From: Candidatus Micrarchaeota archaeon
GTDB taxonomy: Archaea > Micrarchaeota > Micrarchaeia > Micrarchaeales > CABMGC01
NCBI GenBank assembly: GCA_021848025.1
Contig: JAJZND010000011.1
Span: 16,664-80,663 of the forward strand
DNA length: 64,000 bases
Direction: 5' to 3'
The translations under genes were made by a program, and so were the position numbers. Below, piece after piece: positions 46,043 to 53,834 of this stretch (positions within the stretch are counted from its first letter, which is position 1; every line of letters starts with the position of its first letter). The notes below the pieces were generated by a model, which made no database searches, had not been told where the DNA came from, and saw only the letters and a list, made by a program, of their open reading frames with translations.

Positions 46043-46459
46043 ATGAGGATATCTGAAAATGGGAAGCCTGTTACAACTACAGTAGTTGCCGTAATGAGGA
46101 AACAGATAAGAGCCTTCGGAGAACAAGATGCATTCAGCAAAGAAGACATGGTTTCTATATTTGCCAAGATAAAGAGGGACGGGGGAACTTCGTTAGCACT
46201 AGGACTTGATGTTCTCGAGATGCGCTATGGCATAAGCAGCGATCCACTAAGACTGCTCTCAAATCTGAATCCTTTATTGACCATATCTGAACTGTCAGAC
46301 AGGCTAGGCCACTCTCCACGTGTTATTCAAAAAGCTGAGTCTAGCGCTGCAACAGCAGTGCTCAAGGAGCTCTGGAAGCTGCGAAAGGAGCGCAAATCTG
46401 AATGGGTTGATGAATACAAAAGGAATCTAAGGTCATTAATGGGTAATGCAAAAAAGTAA
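46043..46459 (+). CDS. hypothetical protein with a sigma-70 region 4 / LuxR-like helix-turn-helix
   Basis: LTISELSDRLGHSPRVIQKAESSAATAVLKEL resembles the bacterial r4.2 HTH pattern (hs..EIa..LGvS..rVrQie..Al.kLr). Confidence 0.45.
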   Translation: MRISENGKPVTTTVVAVMRKQIRAFGEQDAFSKEDMVSIFAKIKRDGGTSLALGLDVLEMRYGISSDPLRLLSNLNPLLTISELSDRLGHSPRVIQKAESSAATAVLKELWKLRKERKSEWVDEYKRNLRSLMGNAKK

Positions 46460-46603
46460 CGCTCTAATTAAAACTAATATAATATAAGAATATCTAATAT
46501 TTTATTGCCTTTGTTTAAGATACCTTTGAATCAATTCAATTATACGCGAATGCAACGAAATCCGTATATATCATAAAAGAATAATTATTGAACGGTAATC
46601 GAA

Positions 46604-47149
46604 TTGGCATACACACTTCACAGGGCTCCTAGAGAGAGTTTAGTTTCGATAGCAAGAGTTCCAGGTATAACTGCGATCTACAATTTGAATAAGCGTGTGG
46701 GCAGGGATTATAAATCTGAGAATGCGCCTGTTGAAGTATTGGCAACTCCAGATAAAAGAAGCTTGGCTGTTATATTCGATGGCAGACAATTGAGAATAGA
46801 TCTGTCTTTTTTTGGCAGAAGCATAAAGAAATTGGAATTAGAAGTCAATAGCATGGTAGTGTCACGTGGCGTTGCTGATTACGGCCTGACTAGGCCATTC
46901 GAGAGGGAAGTTGGGGGACCATCAGGCGGACGGCCAGTAAAGTTTGCTAATATAAATGCAAAAAACGAAGAACCAATCCTGTATGATGGGCATGTAGGAA
47001 TATACTCTAAGAATCGTATTATTTCCATATGGTTTCCATCTAGACTACCCGGAGATCCGAGTTTTCTAAGTGCTACTGTAGCTGTTGCTCCAGCAAGCAG
47101 GGAGATGCTGGAGGCTGCTCTCAGAAGAGAAGCTGTGCAAATAAGATAG
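46604..47149 (+). CDS. hypothetical protein
   Basis: 181 aa, TTG start, beta-rich look. No motif. Confidence 0.45.
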   Translation: MAYTLHRAPRESLVSIARVPGITAIYNLNKRVGRDYKSENAPVEVLATPDKRSLAVIFDGRQLRIDLSFFGRSIKKLELEVNSMVVSRGVADYGLTRPFEREVGGPSGGRPVKFANINAKNEEPILYDGHVGIYSKNRIISIWFPSRLPGDPSFLSATVAVAPASREMLEAALRREAVQIR

Positions 47150-47668
47150 ATATCAAAGAAATCATACATGCTTAATAAAGCGAGTTAGTAGAATAAAGGC
47201 ACCTAAAGGTTTTGTGAATCAAGGATATTTTTAGAATTTCAAAGATAATTCTCGTAGAAGCAGAATTTCGCACCATTTTCATTTTAGAAGCGTATCTGTC
47301 AGGCCATCTAAAACATCAAATGCAAATTATTCTGCGATGCTAAGTCCATTTACTCGCAAATTTTTGTCGTCGGAAGCCTTCTTATGGTACTTATTCAGCA
47401 TTTTTTAACAGCAATATTTTTACTTTCATCTATATGAAATAAAAAAGAATATTTCCATGTAATTGGTATGAAAATAAGCATCAGAGGAAAATCCCTTCTT
47501 TTTTACACGGTTTGGCGCGTAATATAGATGGCTTAACCAAAACAAGGCATTTTCCAAAAATATGCAACAAGTAACTTTAACTAAGTCCTTTTCTGTTTCA
47601 ATAGAATGGAAACTATTGCCTTAAGCCTAGCAAAAATTGATATATCAATAAAATGAAAATGAAACGGT

Positions 47669-48289
47669 TTACTCTCTTTTTACTGGAACCACTATCTTTT
47701 GTATGGAGTTTGGCGCCAGGTCAAATTTCCTATAAGCATTCTCGGGCTTTAGCACCATGCCGTTTGTGCTCTCAAAGTATAACCTTAGCCCAGGAACTAT
47801 GTTTTGTGTTTCGATCCATACATGCACACTTGAAACGCTCATAATGTCGCTTTCAACTCCAACTTGTGCAAATGCCAGGTGTGACAGTATGGTCATTTCC
47901 CTGCATCTAGCGACGCCGTGCTCAAGAAAATAGCCTATGGGCGCGGGATTGTTGCTGGTTATGTATGGCTTGTTATAGACTCTTGAGGCATCAGTGCCGC
48001 TTTCAGCATATGTAACCGCCATTCGCACTGCCTGATTTACAACAGCTAGTGCAGTAAATCGATCAGAAGTAGGTGCGACGCCTAGAACCTCTTCGAAATT
48101 CCTTATTGCCATTTGAAGTTTTTCTGATACGACATCGGATCTTTCGCCAAATTTGCCCTCTACCTTAGATAGGAATTGGCTTACGTGCACATCAGTCAAG
48201 CTGACACTAACTTGCGGGTAGCCATTTGTACGATATGGCCCGTCGCTTAACACATGGACGTCGAACTTGGTTTTTTGTATTCTTTGCAT
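47669..48289 (-). CDS. transglutaminase-like / papain-fold Cys-His protein (putative peptidase or transglutaminase)
   Basis: GVARCREMTILSHLAFAQVGVES....SVHVWIETQ.....YFESTNG fits the transglutaminase-core order: G..C....l...l....G, then HaW.E, then an acidic residue (here Glu) where the family D.T Asp is expected. TATA 25 nt upstream. Confidence 0.5.
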   Translation of the reverse strand: MQRIQKTKFDVHVLSDGPYRTNGYPQVSVSLTDVHVSQFLSKVEGKFGERSDVVSEKLQMAIRNFEEVLGVAPTSDRFTALAVVNQAVRMAVTYAESGTDASRVYNKPYITSNNPAPIGYFLEHGVARCREMTILSHLAFAQVGVESDIMSVSSVHVWIETQNIVPGLRLYFESTNGMVLKPENAYRKFDLAPNSIQKIVVPVKRE

Positions 48290-48313
48290 ATTATAATTGT
48301 TTACGTTTTCAGA

Positions 48314-48321
48314 TATATAAA
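48314..48321 (-). promoter_or_regulatory. TATA box (TTTATATA on minus strand) 25 nt upstream of ATG 48289
   Basis: Intergenic position with canonical spacing. Confidence 0.5.
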
Positions 48322-48423
48322 AAATACAGGCCCAGGTACAGCAGTCTATTTATTAGTTCTAAGATTATTTTAGAAATTCTCAGACTTTCTTTTATCATAG
48401 CAGATCATTGTTTGAGCATGTAG

Positions 48424-48914
48424 TTACTTCTTCGTGCGATATAGCTCCACGGCAGGTCTGACTATTGCAATGAATTCAGAGACTCTCTGTGTTGGTGTTA
48501 ATCGTACCGCCATTTTAGGAGGTATCGAAGGATCAGTTGCCAAGATTCTCCCTGCAATTCCAATCACTCTAGCTTGCTTCTCAAACCATGCCATAAATAC
48601 ATCTGGATTTCCAAAGCATTCTGTGAGAAGGGCCCATGCGTCTGCCATTATCCCTTTCTCAGGGATATCGACAATAGTATGATCCAAAGCTACGAGAGTA
48701 GTACCAATATTCCTATAATATCCTTTGAGAGATTCCCAGTAACGCTTCTCCCCTTACCTGCGACAGCTTGCTATTGGCCAAGTCGGTCGGTGTAAACTCA
48801 GGCCCTATTGATGGTATTCTATAGCCTTTCAGTTAGGTCTAGCACTTTGCTCTCTTCACCAGGCGTGTGGCTAATGCCGATAAGCAGTTTCATATCAAGG
48901 TCTTTCAATTGCAT
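48424..48914 (-). pseudogene. possible disrupted gene: three consecutive reading-frame pieces ending in the 87-aa ORF 48424..48687
   Basis: ATG 48914 gives MQLKDLDMKLLIGISHTPGEESKVLDLTERL then TAG. The +1 frame continues IPSIGPEFTPTDLANSKLSQVRGEALLGISQRIL then stop. A third frame runs (GEKRYWESLKGYYRNIGTTLVA) into the track ORF, which has only a TTG start. Confidence 0.3.
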
Positions 48915-48961
48915 GCTAATATTCTTTTAGAAATTCTAAATAAGTGTTTACCCATACTCCA

Positions 48962-49477
48962 TTACTTTCTTGGCCTGAATGGAATTATCTTTGCGTCTCC
49001 TGTCGCTGGCCTGGCAGCATTAGATTCAGATCCAGCATCCTCTAAGTCTGCTATTAGAACGTCAATCTCATTTACAAGACTGCTTCTTCTGCTGTATCGC
49101 AGGTACCCTGCAGCCTTCACAGCCCCGTTAAACGCCACATATGCACTTGCTTCAACAACTGCAATAGCAAAAGCACCCATCACTACGTCTGCCCCAAATA
49201 CCCCATAAGCAGCATGGACATTATCGTGCAGCCTATAAAGGTTCGTTCTAAAATTGTCGCTTACAAGCGTATAAGCCTGAGATGAAAAAGAACTTGCAGC
49301 GAGGCCTCCAAGCGTTCCAGATGCAGAGCTGCCTGCAATCATCGCAGCAGGTATTCTCCTCGCACGTTTCAGAACCGCTTCTGATTCAGGAGCAGAATTT
49401 GATACATCAACTGTGATTTTATTCGTAGATTTAGTGATCTCTTTGTTTATTCTGCGCACAATATTCGATATTGTCAT
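48962..49477 (-). CDS. hypothetical protein with Gly/Ala/Ser-rich hydrophobic segments
   Basis: 171 aa with segments IPAAMIAGSSASGTLGGLAASSF and GVFGADVVMGAFAIAVVEASAYVAF. Basic N-terminus and acidic C-terminal tail. Confidence 0.55.
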   Translation of the reverse strand: MTISNIVRRINKEITKSTNKITVDVSNSAPESEAVLKRARRIPAAMIAGSSASGTLGGLAASSFSSQAYTLVSDNFRTNLYRLHDNVHAAYGVFGADVVMGAFAIAVVEASAYVAFNGAVKAAGYLRYSRRSSLVNEIDVLIADLEDAGSESNAARPATGDAKIIPFRPRK

Positions 49478-49539
49478 ATGCTCAACACCTTATGTTTTCT
49501 CTGCCTATTTTAGGCCTGACATTGCTTTAGCGTGGTTGT

Positions 49540-49707
49540 TTAATTCTGAGAGATATGCACGGTCTCGCCTAAAGCATTAGCTGCCTTAAGATCTGCGCCT
49601 TCTGATAGGCACTTTTCCACTGGATCTTTGATGCCACGCAGAGCAGCTTCTATAAGCATTACTTCTATATCTCTCATCGTTTCACCTGTTATTACTCTTC
49701 TTTCCAT
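49540..49707 (-). CDS. candidate 55-aa protein with one ankyrin-repeat-like motif (not in ORF track)
   Basis: Hand translation: MERRVITGETMRDIEVMLIEAALRGIKDPVEKCLSEGADLKAANALGETVHISQN. AA..G....V..LL..GAD.......G.T..H matches the ankyrin consensus. TTTAAATA directly abuts the first ATG, so the real start may be the internal ATG (MRDIE...). Confidence 0.25.
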   Translation of the reverse strand: MERRVITGETMRDIEVMLIEAALRGIKDPVEKCLSEGADLKAANALGETVHISQN

Positions 49708-50059
49708 GATATTTAAACCTTCCTCAGTCCGGGGCTTTTGTAGTATCCTGAAATGAGTTCCTCATGTTAAATGAATAATCTTCTTCAGAGGAATTCAACT
49801 AATAGGGAAGTTAAATTCAAGCAGCTGTGGCGGATAATGCGGAAAAGTTGTTATATAATATACTGGATTATCGGGCATCAGCAAACAACACTGCGATAGA
49901 TGGGTCATATAGAAATATTAATAAGGTGTGGAATGTAATGATTTATAGGTTCTATAAAAATGGCAAATACAGGCATGAAGTCTTTGCGCATTATTAAAGG
50001 CTGATGCCAAGGAGTTTCTGCAGAGTCATTCTTAGATTTTCCCCTTTTTATTTATACCT

Positions 50060-50368
50060 TTAATTTCTTATCAATTTGCCAAGCTCTTGAAGGCGGTCCG
50101 CATAGATCGTTTTTGCTGCAGGAATTGTAACTGTAGGCGTTTCCTTGTGTATCTCAATTTTATGCGCTGCTTTTGGAATTATTCCAAGTGCAGCTCCGGC
50201 TCCAATTCCTCCTCCTACCAAAGTTGAAAAACCAACTGCTATTACCGCAGCATCCCTAAATAGCTGACCTCTCCTTGCATCCGCAAGGGTACTCTGCCTG
50301 TTTATGCTTTCGCCTTTCTTCTCAGCGCCCGAACTTGACTCTCTCCCTCTAGAAATTGTTGATTGCAT
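50060..50368 (-). CDS. small membrane protein with a glycine-zipper-like segment
   Basis: 102 aa with AAVIAVGFSTLVGGGIGAGAALGII. TATA 23 nt upstream. Confidence 0.55.
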   Translation of the reverse strand: MQSTISRGRESSSGAEKKGESINRQSTLADARRGQLFRDAAVIAVGFSTLVGGGIGAGAALGIIPKAAHKIEIHKETPTVTIPAAKTIYADRLQELGKLIRN

Positions 50369-50390
50369 GTATTCTATTCTCTCTTCGCAG

Positions 50391-50398
50391 ATATTTAA
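50391..50398 (-). promoter_or_regulatory. TATA box (TTAAATAT on minus strand) 23 nt upstream of ATG 50368
   Basis: Intergenic position with canonical spacing. Confidence 0.5.
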
Positions 50399-50630
50399 GC
50401 ATTATAGCATTTTTGCAATTTGTTTAAAAAATCTTGTCATTTTGGAATGAAAGCAGGTGTAGTAGGGCGCACACAGCTAACTGCGCCGATAAATAAACTG
50501 TTCAATCGGAGTAAATCACAGAATGCCCAATCATTGACCATCACTGAGAACCATCCTGCAGTCTTGCCCGCTAAATCAATGTGCGATATGCCGTATTTAT
50601 TACTCATTTAAAAATTTGATTGTTCGGCTA

Positions 50631-51119
50631 TTACGAAAATGACAAAGGATTCGCATTAGGATCGAGAAGCTCTTTTTTGTCACCGAAAAATGGGCCATAA
50701 GCCTTCACGAACCCGTCTCTCCTTAACTCTGTTGCTTTGGCCACCTCTTCTGCGCGCATGGCCATACTCGGATCATGCTTTTCAAGCAGCCTGGCTGCGG
50801 ATTTAAGCAGACGGGCAGCATGTTCTAACGAGAATCTCCCGTTAAAATAGATTACGGCATCTTCCCTTTTTTGCACCCTGTTATTTCCTTTGAATGACTC
50901 TGACAGGTTAATCCCGTTCTCAAGAACTTTTATTGCGATTTCAAGCGGCTCATATTCCGGAAGTGAAGCTCCCCTCCTCATTGACGCGTTTTTAAGTTCG
51001 CCCCTAAGGAAACCTACCGGATCCTCTTCTTTTCCCCTGAATACACTTCTTACTGCTTCCTTTCCATTAGCAGCTGAAATTTTTGCCACGTCACTCCGCA
51101 GTATCGATGAACCTGCCAC
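50631..51119 (-). CDS. hypothetical soluble protein
   Basis: 162 aa, GTG start 22 nt after the upstream gene's stop. Helical, no motif. Confidence 0.5.
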   Translation of the reverse strand: MAGSSILRSDVAKISAANGKEAVRSVFRGKEEDPVGFLRGELKNASMRRGASLPEYEPLEIAIKVLENGINLSESFKGNNRVQKREDAVIYFNGRFSLEHAARLLKSAARLLEKHDPSMAMRAEEVAKATELRRDGFVKAYGPFFGDKKELLDPNANPLSFS

Positions 51120-51141
51120 TTGATCATACGCTCATTATCAT

Positions 51142-51693
51142 TTATTCCTGTTTTGGCCCATCAAATCTGTCGCTTGGCTTGAAGTGACTACGCTGAGTTT
51201 CCTGCTGAAGAAGCTTTACGTGGGTGCCTGAATGAGTTCTGCGTTGTTCAAAAGTTAGCATAGCCTTTTTACGGAGTTCAGCTTTTTTCTCATTCAGCAC
51301 ATTGATTCTATCGTGAGCTTTAAAGGCAACAAATGCACCTACGGGTCCTAATATGCCTATTCCATCGGTTGAGATGGTAATATTATTCTTCCATGCAGCG
51401 TAAAGCGATACAGAAGCGGATCCAGCAGCTACCAGTGCAGCTCCAGTCCTTACCCTGTTGAGCCTTCTAATCTTTGCCTTTAACCCTGCAATTTTCTGCT
51501 TTGGAGTTATTTCCTGCGCAGGCTTAAACGGCTTCCTCGCAAGTTCTCTCCATTCTTCCTCTCGGCCCCTTCTTGAATTCATCATGTCTCTTGCCTTAGA
51601 GGCCATCAAATTTAAATCATACTTTGTTCTTCCAATCAGGCCCTTGTTCTCTTCGCTCTTTCCCCCATTAATTACTCTAAAATTTCTATCCAT
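51142..51693 (-). CDS. hypothetical protein with a central Gly/Ala/Ser-rich TM hairpin
   Basis: Basic N-terminal part, then GAALVAAGSASVSLYAAW and GIGILGPVGAFVAFKA, then a basic C-terminal part. ATG 51693 lies 31 nt downstream of TTTAAATA; the track ORF starts at TTG 51702. Confidence 0.55.
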   Translation of the reverse strand: MDRNFRVINGGKSEENKGLIGRTKYDLNLMASKARDMMNSRRGREEEWRELARKPFKPAQEITPKQKIAGLKAKIRRLNRVRTGAALVAAGSASVSLYAAWKNNITISTDGIGILGPVGAFVAFKAHDRINVLNEKKAELRKKAMLTFEQRRTHSGTHVKLLQQETQRSHFKPSDRFDGPKQE

Positions 51694-51723
51694 GGGTATC
51701 AATTATAATTGCACAGGTTATGA

Positions 51724-51731
51724 TATTTAAA
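51724..51731 (-). promoter_or_regulatory. TATA box (TTTAAATA on minus strand) 31 nt upstream of ATG 51693
   Basis: Exact recurrent element between two co-oriented genes. Confidence 0.5.
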
Positions 51732-51767
51732 GATAACGACATTATGCTTGTCGTGTGAAAATGCTTG

Positions 51768-52190
51768 TTATTTTGCAGCTCCTTCCCTGCTGGTTATTCT
51801 TACCCCTACCTCTGGATAAGATCTTATGGCTGCACGAAGCATCTTCTCTGCTTCCAGCCTCCTCTTTAGTCTCCTTGTTTTTGAATAATGTTCTGATGCA
51901 ACTTTGAGTGAAATCATGCAGTTCAGCAGCCATACTGCACCCTCCGCCTTAGATATTAGCTGGCCCGGCTGATTGCCAGTGGAGACCAAGCGTTCTATAG
52001 CCCATGCCATTGGATATGCTGGCGCTAAACCATATAGTGCAGTGTACACTTGTCTCTTTTTAATCTCGCTTCTGAGCAGGTTTCTTAACGGTGCATTCTT
52101 AGATGCGGCACTGGAAGCCTTACGCGAAGCAGTCTCCAAGGCTGCCAGTACCTCCTCTTTCTTCCGTACATGGTTTACAGAGTAGTTCAT
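51768..52190 (-). CDS. hypothetical protein
   Basis: About 140 aa from ATG 52190 (TTG at 52196 in the track). Two weakly hydrophobic segments, basic. No motif. Confidence 0.5.
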   Translation of the reverse strand: MNYSVNHVRKKEEVLAALETASRKASSAASKNAPLRNLLRSEIKKRQVYTALYGLAPAYPMAWAIERLVSTGNQPGQLISKAEGAVWLLNCMISLKVASEHYSKTRRLKRRLEAEKMLRAAIRSYPEVGVRITSREGAAK

Positions 52191-52297
52191 AAACAAAAAC
52201 GGTAAATTTTATGATTATTAAGCGTTTGCATAACTCAGGTCATTGAAAGTTTTTGCATAAACTTTTAAGGCTGCTGGCTCTAATTAATGTAGTTAAT

Positions 52298-53101
52298 ATG
52301 GAGGCAGAGATTGGAATAATAGGAGGATCCGGGCTTTATTCCCTACTCGATGATTACAAAGAGGTAAAAGTACAAACTAAATATGGCAGCCCCAGTGATT
52401 CCATTGCCGTAGGAACTCTTGCCGGTCGCAAGGTTGCATTTCTTCCGCGGCATTCTCGTAAGCACACCATACCTCCGCACAAGGTGCCATACAAGGCAAA
52501 TATCGATGCACTTAGACAACTAGGTGCTAACAGGATAATTGCCACGAATGCAGTTGGCTCTCTTGACAGGAATTATAAACCTGGAGAACTTGCGATATTT
52601 GATCAATTCATCAACGCAACTCATGGCAGGCATGACACTTATTACGATGAAGATGTAGTGGCGCACGTGAGCAGCGCAGACCCCTATTGTGTGCAGCTCA
52701 GGGATGTAGCGATTAAAGTTGCAAGGGAAGCAGGGATAAAAATGCATGATTCAGGCACAGTGGCTGTAATAAACGGGCCGAGATTTTCGACTAGGGCTGA
52801 ATCGAAAATGTTTAAACTGCAAGGAGCCCACATGATAAACATGACCCAGTATCCCGAGGTAATTCTTGCGCGCGAAAAGCAGATGTGCTATCTTGGCATA
52901 GGTTTGGTTACTGACTACGATTCAGGACTCGATGGAGACGATGGCGTAGAGCCCGTTACTGCTGATGAAGTAGCCAGAATATTCGATGCGAATGTGGGTA
53001 AGGCAAAGAAGATGATACATGGCATAGTGGCAGAAGTACCTGAAGAGAGGACCTGCTCATGCTCTAGCTCTATGGAGCATGCCATCCAGACGAAGAAATG
53101 A
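52298..53101 (+). CDS. mtnP: S-methyl-5'-thioadenosine phosphorylase
   Basis: IGIIGGSGLY, FLPRHSRKH, INMTQYPEVILAREKQMCY and LVTDYD motifs. First ATG is 52298. Confidence 0.88.
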   Translation: MEAEIGIIGGSGLYSLLDDYKEVKVQTKYGSPSDSIAVGTLAGRKVAFLPRHSRKHTIPPHKVPYKANIDALRQLGANRIIATNAVGSLDRNYKPGELAIFDQFINATHGRHDTYYDEDVVAHVSSADPYCVQLRDVAIKVAREAGIKMHDSGTVAVINGPRFSTRAESKMFKLQGAHMINMTQYPEVILAREKQMCYLGIGLVTDYDSGLDGDDGVEPVTADEVARIFDANVGKAKKMIHGIVAEVPEERTCSCSSSMEHAIQTKK

Positions 53102-53180
53102 AAATCTTATGAGGTTAAGGGCAGGTAAATGGTTGCATCTTTATTGGCCCATTATCTACAATTACTTGTTGAGTGGTTGA

Positions 53181-53834
53181 ATGGCATCTAGGGAAAAGTC
53201 AAATGAATTTACTGAAGGATACATAAAATTCAATTTTAAGTTGAATGATGGTAATCCTCCTTCGCCGGAGAAACTGGTCAAATTAAACGAATGGCGCCAG
53301 AAGATGTACGGGCTTGGGGTTATAGGTGCCTATCCTAACGGAGTAGGGTTTGGGAATGTTTCAGTGAAGGATGGCAAGTACTTCATAATAAGTGGAACTG
53401 CGACTGGAAGGCTCAAGGAGCTCAAGCCCGAGCACTATGTGACCGTTACTGATTATTCCTTCGAGCGTAATTTTGTCGAATGCACAGGCAAGATAGATCC
53501 GTCGTCTGAATCGATGACTCATGCTGCGCTTTACGAAGCAGGAGAAGCTGCAGCCATCCATGTGCATGCCATGAAGCCGTGGGAGAAGTTGATGGGCAAA
53601 GTCCCTACAACGAGGTCAGACGTGCCATATGGTACTCCTGAGATGGCTTATGAAATGCTTAGGTTGCTAAGGGAAACTGGCGTAAGAAAGCAGCATATAA
53701 TAGTCATGGCTGGCCATGAAGAAGGGATAATTGCCTTCGGAAGAAGCCTTGACGATGCAGGGCAGGCAATACTGAAAGAAGTAGTCCCGCTTCTGAACGA
53801 TAAAAAAATAATTAAAAGCAAAAAAGTTGATTAA
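53181..53834 (+). CDS. class II aldolase/adducin-family protein (MtnB dehydratase-like or MTRu-1-P aldolase-like)
   Basis: GNVSVK...FIISGTATG, PSSESMTHAALYEA, the Zn-ligand pair IHVHA and a third His in VMAGHEEGIIAFG. It sits between mtnP and mtnA. Confidence 0.65.
   Translation: MASREKSNEFTEGYIKFNFKLNDGNPPSPEKLVKLNEWRQKMYGLGVIGAYPNGVGFGNVSVKDGKYFIISGTATGRLKELKPEHYVTVTDYSFERNFVECTGKIDPSSESMTHAALYEAGEAAAIHVHAMKPWEKLMGKVPTTRSDVPYGTPEMAYEMLRLLRETGVRKQHIIVMAGHEEGIIAFGRSLDDAGQAILKEVVPLLNDKKIIKSKKVD

Noticed and set aside
41535-52297. ORFan island as a recently acquired prophage, plasmid or genomic island.
   Set aside because: There is no integrase, capsid- or terminase-like gene, large ATPase or flanking tRNA, and I saw no direct repeats at the borders. 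Spot GC counts of coding sequence inside (29/60) and outside (31/60) are similar. An ancient degraded element cannot be excluded, so this is kept only as an alternative within the finding.
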